The position numbers were made by a program, and so were the translations under genes. A stretch of DNA of 64,000 bases from Tubiluchus corallicola. Its lineage: Eukaryota; Animalia; Priapulida. The stretch spans positions 425,349 through 489,348 of the forward strand of contig JAQGDQ010002376.1 in assembly GCA_030141605.1 (NCBI GenBank), given 5' to 3'. The notes under the pieces were generated by a model, which was given only the letters and a program-made list of their open reading frames with translations, was not told where the DNA came from and did not search any database. This document shows positions 1 to 12,900 of this stretch, one piece after another; positions within the stretch are counted from its first letter, which is position 1, and every line of letters starts with the position of its first letter.

Positions 1-2647
1 ATATGCTCCTGTGGCAGTACCGGGGTTGATATAAAATTTGCCTTCATGTTCAAATGCCTCGAACTTGTGGGTGTGTCCGCTAATTAAAATATCAACGTCA
101 AGCTGTCTCTGTAAGAAAATTGATAATTAATATGGAAGTTCACAACGAATGGAACAAATGACAAGGTAAATAACTGCTACAGTTTAAAATGTTACTAGAA
201 AGTCGTAAATTATTTCTTTCAGTAAAAGCGTACTATAGTTATACATGCAAGTCATTTTGTACACTTACTTTTATTAATGCTCGAGTATTCTTCAAAATAT
301 TAATAAGCCAATTAATTTGTTAACCAATTAATTAATCTAAGCAAGTAACTAATTAAAAAATTAGTGCTTTGTATTTAAAATTTTTGCAAAACCCACATTC
401 TAACGATTACGATAGCATTAAGCACATTGCTAAGTATTCAAAACACGAATGTTTGAAAATCAAAAGTACATCATTTATATACAATGTACTTTGCAATGTA
501 CAAATATATCTGTTGTACTGGACTTTTTCTATCATCATTATTACAGTTTTCTAGAAATATCTACCTTGGCTATTTTAAGTGTTTTCTGATGCCATCAGGG
601 CTAATTCATTCAATCAAGAATCGATCTGACCAAAATTAAAACCTCATTGCTTTCCAAATAATAGGCTGATGCTATCACAAGTGATAGACTAGTAACATAT
701 GCACTATATGCAGAAACAAAGTTTGTACAGAAGCCTACATATGTAGATCACTACTATGTATAATGCACATTTTGGGTGTAGTATCAGGAACTACTTTAAC
801 TATAAATCTTAACAACCTTTGCAGCATATGCAGTTGTCCTCTTCTCTTCAGTGTATTATAAAATAATGTAATAAGGGCTTGAAAGATGCTATACCTACCA
901 GGACAATATGTCACTCAATTTCTTAGTGCGTAGAATATCTTAAATTGCAATTAGCCTTTTCACAGTTTCAGCGATTGATGAAGATTGTGAAACAGTCAAA
1001 GGGTAAGTGAACCTAACAAAGTTATCTGAACCAAACAACGCATTTGCTTACACTTGACAACACCTTGAGGCCCATGCTGTTGTAGCAGCAGTTCTTGGCA
1101 TCAATATTTGTTTCCCTTATTTCATTAAACATGGATTGTTGCTGCTATTTTGTTAGGTGTTTTCATATAAGAATAAAATGCTAGTTTAAAACTATACACG
1201 TGTAGTATATAATAAAAATAACCATGTATTTCACCAGTTTCACCTACATATTGACACATGCATAAGGTCATGTGACCGTTGCAGTTAAGTAAGATGCTCT
1301 GGGTCCAGTTAACTTTTGATGTACAGTAACTGGGTGCGCACATAGCGAAACAGTGAAAAGGCTTATTGCCATGAACTAATTGATATGTAGCCGGGTTTGA
1401 GGTTAGAGGTGCTTGAAGCCCAAACCTTGATCAGGTTCCTCTCAATGACTTCAGATGTGGTGTGGTAGTGTGCGGTGTGGATAAGGTGTGTGGCTCAACG
1501 AGTTTGCAGTTGTTTTGATTCAATTACATTGAAAACCACTTAACTAGTATCATAATTGTATTGTTGTTATAATTATGAACAGCAATTTATTATTTCAAAA
1601 ATACCGAATGCATTGACTCATCAGTTCTTTAAGCAGATGATCCAGAAACATCATTTTTCTGCTCCTTGAAAACGGGTCCCTAACAACTAAATTAACACCA
1701 AGCCAGGAATAAACAAACAAATGAAATGAATATAATTTTGGGTATAAATTTTAGTTTTATTCCTACCTGAATTATTGCTAAACTTTCTGTATCACCCCAC
1801 GGCACGACTTGATGTCCATGACAGAGGCCAATCCTAAACTGACCTACAGTCACCACTTTCTGTTCAGGATAATTCAAATTCTGAAAAAAGATATTCGTCA
1901 AATTGTCACTATAGCTGGTTAAATAGTAATGACTTAGAGACTCTGAGATTAGAATATATAGATAATAAAACAGTACAGAAGACAGTAAAATAATGTTAGG
2001 CAAAAAGCTATACTGTTTGTTAATTCGCATCGTAAATTTCGAACATACCTCGTCAAAATCACCTCGTACTACATGAACATCACTAGCAAGTGTTTTCAAG
2101 TAATCAAAAGACTCCTTTGTGCACAGATTACCCGTGCAAAGAATGTGCTGAATCTTTCCAGGAACTAGTAGTTTCTTGAACTTTTGAGGTAGACTGTTGC
2201 ATCGATGTGGAATGTGCAGGTCTCCTAATACCAACACCAACTGAAATGTTAAAAACACATTTTGCACCAGTAATAATAATAATTATCATGTACTAATTAT
2301 TATAATATTAATAATAATTATTATGTAAGAAGAATAGTGGTACTGTTCTTCTGATCAAAAAAGAACTCACTGCACACAAGTTCATCTGGAAAGTATTGAC
2401 TCTGTGTGAATGTACTTAAATTACATCACAGATAAAACTGAGAACTTGAGTGATTTACCATCTTAGTGGTGCTAACGGTAAATAACATCTGTGGCTAATC
2501 TCAAGATTTTTATGTATCACTACTAGCTGGTGCTAAAAAAGGCCGCGGGCGATAGTACTTTTAATATAATTTTTTTAGAAAATAAGGCACATGTGAACAA
2601 AATATAATTAAAACAGGCGAATTATCTAACTAAAATAAACTCACCAT
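1..2647 (-). CDS. VPS29: Vacuolar protein sorting 29 (retromer subunit), 5' part; gene continues beyond the left edge
   Basis: Exons (minus): 2645-2647 (ATG only, then GTGAGT donor); 2049-2240 ([64 protein letters not shown]); 1767-1880 ([38 protein letters not shown]); 1-108 ([36 protein letters not shown]). All introns are GT-AG, phase 0. The peptide is recognisable as metazoan VPS29. Confidence 0.96.
953..1363. mobile_element. MITE-like relic with terminal inverted repeats in a VPS29 intron
   Basis: AGCCTTTTCACAGTTTC (953-969) vs GAAACAGTGAAAAGGCT (1347-1363) match 16/17 as inverted repeats; a third related copy lies near 988-1005. No clean TSD. Confidence 0.4.
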
Positions 2648-3917
2648 AATTAAAAACGTTATAACGTTCAGTCGGTAGAGAACACGTTATGCTGTATGAA
2701 AACACCCACGTCTAACGTAACAGTGTTGCCGTCAAAATATCGTTTTCTCGCCAAATCATAACTAAAACGTCGCCAAGTTTGGCCAAAATTTGGCCAAAAT
2801 TTTAAACAATCATAAAAACTTTCAATATAAAAAACAACATATTAATTTCTTCGTGTCTTTTTCTGCGTAATATTTGTGCAGACTGCGTTACAAAAAATAA
2901 TGAAATAGTTAAATAAAAAAAATTGATAAAAGACAGACGTGCTGTATATACCTATTGAAGCTGCAGCAAAATTAAATATTGAAAGAATACTGACTTCAAT
3001 ATTAATTGATTATTAACATTTTCATTCATTGAATTTCTATTTCGAACGGAAATATTCATAAATTATTTCTATTAAAACACTTGGATTGCAACAACTTAAC
3101 TGTTTTACAGCAGATATATAATATAGCTGGTGTATCCTGTATGTCAACGACAGTGAACATCTCATCTGATGTCGGAATGATTTATGTAGTAAACGATCCA
3201 AATCTAGATGCCAACTTTTCTGTTTGAGAATTAACTGAAACTATAAATAGATTATTTTAGAGTCTGTACTATATTTATTGCCCCCAGTAGGCATCGTTCA
3301 ATATGCAATAGCATACATTCCTAAAGTGAATCGTAATTATGTGTAACAGAGTTCTAAAATTAAGGTAGATAGGTTGCACTAGATTATTAATGTTCTGTGT
3401 CTATCTGACAGATAGTGTAGACACAAAGGAAACAACAATTGAGTTGCATTACTTTTTTATTCGTACTGAATTGTTATACAATTGAGCCAAAGTAAAATTT
3501 ATTTCACTCTAACTTAGTCGAACTCAAGTTTCGAATAGCTTCTTTCTCAAAATGTATTATAGCCTTAACCTCCTAACTCTAGCAATTAATAAAAATCAAT
3601 AGAATCGAACAATCAATTAAATAGCGCTAAAAGAGGCTAATTACCTAATATTACCTACTTGGCAATACTTGAAGAAAGTTGTGAAATTGAACTATAGATG
3701 GCGCAAACGTTGCAAACACAGAGCTCATTGCTCACTGGGTACAGTACGATTATCGTACACTTTATTGATTTAGAAATTTGTCAGTGTATGTCTTTACGTC
3801 GTGTCTTGTTGTCAATAATTACATCGTTTTCTTGTGTACTTTAGCAAAAGTTTTATGTAATTAATCCATTATCTGGGATCTTCTGGTGTTGTGTGTATCT
3901 TGCTGTATGCGACAAAA
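2648..3917. promoter_or_regulatory. Divergent (head-to-head) promoter region of VPS29 and the SEC14L2-like gene
   Basis: Start codons at 2647 (-) and 3918 (+) are about 1.27 kb apart. CpG is more frequent near both ends, and a CTCF-like CTATAGATGGCGC lies at 3692-3704. Confidence 0.55.
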
Positions 3918-6900
3918 ATGAGTGGTTATTTTGGGGACTTAAGTCCTACTCAATCTGAAACTTTAGCGGAGGTATTCGTTCAATTTTTCTTTTTCAGTGC
4001 ACGATTATTAATTTACACCGCCAGGTAGATACTATCAGTTATTATTTTACACCGCCAGGTGTTTGTAAATTATGTAGCTATCGCGCGGACGCTACAATAT
4101 TGTCAATAATTATGTTTTAGGCTACAGTTCTATGTGGTATTGGTGCTAACACCTAGTAATAGCGGTTTATGGGATGTGTGTGTGTTTCACATTATACAAT
4201 TCGTCATTTGGTTCGCCAAGTAGCTGAAAATATAATTTATTTTAAAATGTTCCGTAAAACATTAACTAATTTAAGAAATTAATTAAAATGCCAAAAATAA
4301 GCTACTGTCTAGCAGTATATAAGAAAGTCTGACCTTGGTAGAGAGGTGTGGGCAATATGATTGTCAACACGTAAAACACTTTTTAGAGAATTTGCATTTA
4401 AACTTGAAATTCGCTAATATAGAAAGTGTCGTCTAATTTGTCAATCATTATGTCAATCATTTTCGTTGACTGTCCAATCAGCGTGCAAGTTATTTCACGC
4501 ACCTGCAGAGCTTAATTAACGCAGGTACGTTCAGGACATTTAACCACAGCACTGTCTAACACTGTTATGAAAAATGCTCAACTTTTCATTAAGTGGGAGA
4601 AATATTGGCCTGGTTCTAAGTGTTATTATTGTCAATTGAAATTGCAAGTGAATTAGTGGAAATATATAGTCTAGTTTCATTTATAGGAAGAAATGCACAA
4701 CGCTTACGTCTGTGAGTTGTTGATTAAATCATTTTGCAATGAAGAAAATATGCAGTTTAGTTTAGTTTATGGCTTTGCAAGTTAGATAAAAACAACTATT
4801 TGATTAACTATAAATAAAGGCAAAACAAAATGTTCTCTTTTCTGGCCAGTTTTTATAAACCTCAATGAGATCGTCACACTCAAAATTAATTTAAATGTGG
4901 TCAAAACCTATATTATACATCAATGTAATATTAGTTAATTTTACGCTATTTTTCTGGTTGTAATCATGGTTAAAAGATGCCATTGGGACTCATGTAACTC
5001 GGACATTCAATATAAGGGTCGTCGATGGAATGGAATAATCAAATTTATTCTATTTCTGTAGCCTAACAAACGGAAAAATACAAAAACTGAATAAATCTTG
5101 CAGATGAGCACATGATCAGTTAATATAGAAAAATACATCGCAGGCATGATGGTATTCAAAGGCAAGAGAGACTTTTAATATTTTTGTTGCTCATTTATTT
5201 TAAAGCCATGCTAGCTGGCTTAGTCTCTTTATTATACTTATGTCTCTGTGTTTTGTAGTGCTTTAGAACTTCGTCTCTACATTCTGTTTAAATTTAAAAG
5301 TCATTTCCTTGGCTACTTGAAGTGTTAATTTTGTGTTAAAATAGCTGCTGCTTTGCAAATTTGTGTTTATGAAAAAGAGCAATCAGTTTATCTGCTGATT
5401 AGACATTAGTTGTGACTGTCACGTTGTTCAGGTCAGTTTAGTTTAGTTTAGACAGTTGTTATCCAGCGTGAGCTGTTTTTCCAAATGCCGCTGAGCGTGC
5501 TTACGTTACAGCGGAGGCAGAGCGATAGACCAATATGTTTGACGTCAATTGTGAAGGTGTACCGATTGTCCTACTATAGCGAGATGTTGTGAAAATATTT
5601 TGCATAGCGAGAAATATAGTAAGTTCTCGCTTAACAACCACTAATTTGGATTAATGTGTTCCAGTAAAAACACGAAGTTAGGCAAAACGTCTTTAAATGA
5701 TGCATATCTTCTATAGAAAGTAATGTAAAAGTGTTGAGATATATTCAATGGAGAAAATTAATGAGGCTTAACTCAGGTAAGTTAAACGTTTTGAGTTTTA
5801 TGAGTTTTTGACTTTTCTGAAAATTTTCATAAAGACGCTAGTTGCTATAGCTACAGGTTGTAGGCAGAATTCCTGTGCATAAAGTTTCACACAGGTGCCT
5901 GGAGACGTAACTGTAGGTAAAAATGGTTTTAACATTTGGCAGCGTGTTGGGAAGCAAAAGCAAATAATATTGTGCTATTGTACTTTACTAGCTGTGTTTT
6001 AGAATAAAGATTTAAAAGTTTTAGATTTAAAACTACAAAGTTGATATGATGCACATCTATGACATTATTTGATACTTTTCACCTTCTTTGGCTTTTATGG
6101 ATTTTTTAGATGCCTCTATTTTTGTGCTCGATTTTCATTTAGTTAGTGTATTTTCTTATCATAACAGCACTTGCTTATGCCACTGGCATAAATTTGGAGT
6201 TTAACCTTTTAGTCTGTGCTGCTGTGTCAACAAATCAGTTGCTATTAATTTGCATTGACATTCTTAATCTTGATCGGGAGATACTGATGGTGTCTGAAAG
6301 TGCGAAAATCTTGCATGTGATTATGACCAAAGATCAACAAGTTCTTCTTTGACGTTCTTAAGCTGCTAACAGCCTAAATACATGACACAGGAAGTGGTTT
6401 AGAACAATGCATGTGTTTGAATTGTCATTGCAAATATATTTACAAACAGTAGTACCACAGTTGCATAATAGCATTATAACTTTTATAATTTTCATTACAG
6501 TAGAGATTTTAATAACAAATAATGATGAAAAATTTCCTGAAATGCAAAATATATGCAGGTAAATGATGAGGGAAATGTGGTTACTAATCGTATGACGAGC
6601 ATTAGGTGATTCATGTGTCAAATTATCAGTTACTCTAAGAGATAATCAAATCTAAAGCGTAACTTTGTTTTTGTGTTGGAAAAGCAACATGTTGTGATAA
6701 ACCAAAAGAATCTTTAAAAAAATACAAAGGTAGCAGCAGTTTTGCCATTTGTACAATCAACATGAAAGTTAAAATTGCCCACTATTAAAGGTCTGCACTA
6801 GCTTTATGAAGAAGGTGGGAAAACTCGTCAAAAATCAGAGTAGGTGAATATCTGGTATAAGTTAGATGTCCATAATCTAGATACAATCAGTAATCAGCAC

Positions 6901-9900
6901 AGATATATTTTTACACATCACAAGTGCTTCCAAATATGCAATGACTTGACCTTTGTTCTCAGAAAAGCTTTATCTGGTGTTAACGTTGAAAGATTGTGGA
7001 GTGCAAAAATGCATTACTCTGTAAACTGTAAAATTGTTCACAGGTCGATACAAAGTGGTCTCTAAAGCGTGGTCATCTTATCGTCACATTTATCTTTGAA
7101 AACTACTGGAGGCCACAGTTTACACTGTAGGAGGCTGAAGTTTGCACGAAGTTGGTGCGGACCATTGTGCAGAGCCCGATTTTTCAATTTTGAGGATTCT
7201 CTCAAATAAATGGTTCTTTTTAACGTTATTACGTCGTTGGGTTTTTTTCGTAAATGGATCTCCTTCAACACTGTTATTAATTTTTTTGTGAAAAACTGAT
7301 TCCACGGTAACCATAAATGCTTTCTATGATTTTTTTATTGTAGCTATCAAATTTTACGAGAAGTAACTTTTGTTTTTCCTTTGACACGGAATTAGTTTTT
7401 TAGTGGTATAATATTATTGTTATATATCATTGTGGATAACTATGGAAAACACTAGAAATAGACTCTTGTTAGGGGGGGGGGGGAGTTGAGCAATTAATAT
7501 TTGTGTTAAAAAACTAAACATGTGCCTACGTATCCAGATAACTGCACAAAGAAAGTATCTGCTTTCACATATAGGAATGTTCAAAGTATAATAATGTAAA
7601 CATACATTTTTAGTTTCAGCAATTTAGTCTAAACGTTTCATGCGTGCCGGTATCATTAAGCTTTAATTTGTGTTTTTCTGAGATCTTGAATAGGAGGCTT
7701 GATTTTCCACTAAAGCCCCAGTTTTCCAAGTTTCTTCAGTTACGTATGGGCTACTCTAAACTTAACTATACCATCTTCATAAAATTGGAGGCGCTAATTC
7801 TTCACTCTGTGAGTGTGGTTTAGTGAATTCTAGCTTTAGTGAACATTTTTTGTCCGAGTGTGTGCTTTATTCTAATCAAAGGGATATACTGTTATACAAC
7901 ATTGCCAGGCATACTGGCTTGTCTAATTTCAAGCTAGTAGATATATTGTCAGATATAGAAGATGCTGACCCAAGAGATTTTGATTTTGAAGCGATAATTG
8001 AAGGTCTTGTTTTATAGACAGCACTGAACGTTTAAGCAAACGGACACCATTTCAGTGTTAGAGTCACATTGCCATGTACTCCTTTTTCAGTTTTTGTGAG
8101 GAAATTTTCCCTTTTGATAAATAGCTCCTATTGTGTTGATTGAAACATCTGCGTGAACATTTCGTCCACAGATTTTGATGTGGAGAAAAAGCTTTATATA
8201 AGAAGCTACCTGTTATTCTTTTTTCAGTTTAAAACTCAAGTAAGGGATATAGCAAGGCCAGAATGGGATGACTACTATTACCTTCGATGGCTGAGAGGTA
8301 TGCTAATAATTAACGAATACCAATAATAGATGACATCACTTTTATTAGTTTCACATCCTGAGTTTAAAATTAAAATAAACTTTGTTTTATACAAATCGTG
8401 GTTGAAGAATCCTTAGAAGAATTAGTTAGAATATGTATAAATGAAAAAGTTATTTCTCCCATTGACCATCATTTTGCTACCTTATGAAAGTTTGTGATTT
8501 GACTGGCAGTGGTTTTGTCTATTATGACTGACACGTTACCCGCTAACTAATATCGATAATTAGGTTTTAGTGAAACTGATGTACCTTTGCTATATTCAGG
8601 TATCTATTTGACGAAAATGACTGACGAAATGACATCAAAAAATGTTGTCCATAATTTGTCCATTGATCCCTTTAGTTGTAAAAAACTCATTTAATTATCA
8701 TTAAATCCACTTCAAAATTTCTATTTCAGCACGAGACTTTGAACTGAAGAAATCGGAGTTGATGCTTAGAAATGTAAGAATTCCACTTTTTAATATGGTG
8801 TCTGAAGATTGTAATGACACACATTTAATTCTTAATGATAGGTAGATAAAACCACCCTAAAAGCAGCCAAGGTTTTAATAATTATATACACGATGTACCT
8901 GCTTAGTTTATATTATCTTATAGAAATGTAAACATGTTTCAAAGGTTTTGGACCTACAACCAAAGATTAAGATTAAAATTGTTTATTTATCAGCTTTAAG
9001 TTTGACAGTGCATAATAAACAAAACAGTAATTTTGACAATTTTACATACTAATCAGTATTTGCTAGTAGCTTACTTCATGTTAAAATTAAAGTTAATCAT
9101 ATGGAGAAAGGGTGGTGAACAACCACACAGTCAACTAAGTCAGCCACCCCAAAGTCGGCCTTATTTTGTAATGTACTGGTAATATGGTGTATGAAATGGC
9201 ATTTCATAATATTGTTTATGTGTTTGTAACAATAGAAAATTGCACTACCATTAGTAGCTTTGTGATATACATTAACAACACACAGTATGCATTATCTGTC
9301 TAACTTATATGTAATAAACATTCAGCTTTCCTTTGTAGGATGTCATTTGGCGAAAGCAGATTAATGCTGACAAACTATTGGAAGAATACAAAGTTCCAGA
9401 GGTACTGATCTTTGGGCATTGATAAATATCTTACATAATTTTCATATCATTTCTCTTGCTAACTGCAAAGACTGGGCCTTAATGCAGCATTACTGTGTGT
9501 GTAAGAAAAATGTATTATGGTCTGTGAATAGAAATTCTAATTTTTTTAAAATGTTGTTTTCTAGATAAACAGTCATTAAGGGTGCTGTGTTACTCTGAGT
9601 GGTTTAACGTTTGTTCCTTAAATTTATTAAAGTTATCCGTGTATTACTTGATCGTTAATGATTGATAGTACCATAAGTATTATGACATAGCTTTCCATTT
9701 ACTCTTCCACGTGTTATACATTACTATTTACAATGTTGCAATAATTGCTAAGCTTTACATCAAGTGGACTTAGGGGATTAGCTATCGCTGCTTGTGTTTT
9801 CTCAGGTACAAAACATAAATTAGGACATAGAGGATAATGCAAATGCCAAGCTCGCTTAACACCCAAATTTTTAGCAAAACAAAATATCCGTATTTGCATA

Positions 9901-12900
9901 GACACATATGTATCAATCAACTCATTAGAATATCGGATTCGCTATTATGCCAACTTTTTTTTAGTCCCAAATAAGGTGTAAAGATTTCTGAACGTATATG
10001 TTTCTGCTCAATAAATAACGGTATAATGCTTCTGAATTACCAGTAAACTATGACCAGTCAGCAACGTCATCCGTATTTCGATAACGGACATGTGCAAATG
10101 CAACCCAAGTCGAGCTGATGCTCATATGCTGGCAACTTGAAGTGTAGGGCAAATAACCATGAATAGTTTTGCTTTGAGTTGACAAGCAACCATTAAATGT
10201 GCAGCATTTTGCTGAGGAATTAGTATTTCTTTTGCTAAAGATCTAAGAGAACAAAAAAAAGTTGCTGCTTGAAAAGTTACTCCACTTTTCATTTTACTAT
10301 AAGTTTAAGTTACAACACGATCACATTCTACTGTGAGTTGATTGCTTGTACAGTAGTGATGTGTCATGTGAGCAAGTTGCTTACGACTGTTCCTGCTTTC
10401 CGTAATAAAATTTCTCATAACAAAATGGAGTGCCCATTCTTATGGTCTGCAGCAGCTACAAAATCAGAAGTGACAATCTCAATATTAATTTGCTGCCACA
10501 CAAGTGAAGTTCAGTGGATAAGATGTCACTTAAGCGACAAAATCTTTAACTTGTGAAAAAAGCGTAAAAGTTATTATATGAGTAGTTTAAATTTTGGGCT
10601 TTCTATTCGAAAGTATACCTGTGTCTAGTCAGATGCCATCACACGTAAATTCTTACCAAATTTATGAGGGATAATGGGATTACGTTATATGTGCCAAGGC
10701 GATCTTTGCAGATATCCTAACATGCGCAATTATAAAATTATCGGTTCCAGCTGTCAGTCCTTCTGTCTCCATTTTTTCTTGGCTCTGGAGTAATGTTGGA
10801 AGTTGATACTTTGCACAGTGGTAGGGCAAGGTTCAAGCTTAGAGCTTGTAGATTTTGGGGTCATGTGGCACAAATATGAATTTTTTTACTCTTCACATTT
10901 ATCGATGTTCTACAATATTACCTATCACCCAGGTATATTTGATATATAAATTTTAGTGACATCAAAATTGATTTATGATTCATTAGCAACGCAGTCAGTA
11001 AAATATATTAAGCCCTTACAATGGTGTCTACGTTTCTTCACAGTCATTACTATAATGTCTTTTGGATTAATATTACAATCCAATGCAGAAGATACATTTT
11101 AGTTAAAATAAATTTTGAATCTGGATCTAGATTTAACGTGAAATATATTATGATTATGATACCATATTGTGATAGTGGCTGTACAGAGGTTTAGTACATT
11201 TTAAGTGGAGGCCACTATACATGTCAATTGCAGTACCTAGCCTCGACGTACATTGATTTCATCGGGCAACTATGCCTATGTACTGAGACTCCAGCTAAAG
11301 ATGCTGTTGTCTTAAATTTTGTAAAACGAATGTATTTGACAATTATTTTGCATTTCAATCACGAATGATGTCAATTCTCAACTTGTGTGTAGTTTCTGGA
11401 AAGCCTTGTTATATTTCTTGTGATAGGACATAGGAAACTAGAACTAATTTTTCCATTTAATTTGTCACTACAGTATAGTATAATATGATTATCAATGTAA
11501 CATAGGGTAGCACCTGATTATTGTTTTAAGCTGTGTGCATAGGCTAGTGATAAATCCATTTTTCAAGTATTTTTCTAAGTTGTGGGTACAAGGCTACAAG
11601 CACTTCGTTTGCTGAATAAACTGTCATGTAAACAGTTTGGAATTTTAATATAAGAAAGTCGGATTGATTTCTTGATACAAAAATTAATGATTTCTGCAGG
11701 TTTTGCTAAAATACTCTCCAAAAGGAATATGCGGAGAAGATAGGGAAGGCCATCCTGTCATGTACTATTATTTTGATCTGGATCTAAAAGGTAAACGCAG
11801 GCATGTCCATTAGTTAATTGCATTGCTTTGTACTATTTTAATAGCTGCACAAATAAAGATGCATTAGCTGAAAGCTTGAGCTCAGTCTTGAAGTCCTGTT
11901 CGAATTCTTTCTTTGGCATAGAGGAGTATGCCATAACTATTGTCATAATTAAGGATAACTGTCTCGGTCTAAATATGAGTTAATCCAATTATACAGTGTT
12001 GTGTTGTGCTATTACTGATTGGATTGATTTTTTTCCTACTGCTGCTGAGTAAATTGTGATTTTGGGGTTTGTGTGTGCATGCGTGAATGAATGAATGAAT
12101 GAGTGAATGAATGAACTAAAACTTGTTACTAGTTAAATTACTTTTAATATTTTAAGGTTTTTGAATGACTGAATTTATAAAGGAATTGAAATTTGTTATT
12201 GATCAAAGTATGTTTATGCTAGTACTGGATAATATGTGAAAAGTGACATAATATTATAATGTGTTTTGCATGAAATATACAGTCTGCTATAAGGAATCAT
12301 TCTATATTTTAGTGGATGCATTATATCAATTAGTTCATAATTTTGCATTTATCTTAGGCATGGTACACTCTGCTACTAGAAATGATGCACTAAAGTCCAT
12401 GGCTCATGAACTTGAAAAAATGTACAAAGCCATGGAAGCGCAATCAAAAAAGGTAGGTGTATATATGTTGGAATGAAAACATTTTGTAAAAAAATTCCCT
12501 GCAACATGTTGTATTTTTGTTTATACCTGCTAAGTAACCTCTTACTGAATATTCTAAACCATGTATAAGTCAGTTCTTTACCTTAATATGCCAAATGTTT
12601 TGTTTTTAAGAGTGTTAAGTATCAATAAGTGTTTTAAACATAATTAATATAATTGCTCACATATAAATTTTTATTGATAAAATTACTGTCAGTATGTGGA
12701 ATATCTGAAATGACATTTGCCAACTACTTACTTTCGTTATTGCAAAGTCATACGTAACCTGTATCATATTCTTTGTTATATTTTTTTCTTAGCACGATAA
12801 GAAAATAGAGGGCATTACAGTTGTGTTTGACCTAGAGAATCTTGCCCTGAAACATGTTACATACAAGCCTGGTATGTATGATGTCTGAGGTAGATGAGTG

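Noticed and set aside
1692-2267. 191-aa ORF as a single-exon VPS29 variant
   Set aside because: It is two exons read through a stop-free 168-nt intron with canonical GT-AG ends; the inserted peptide is not VPS29-like.
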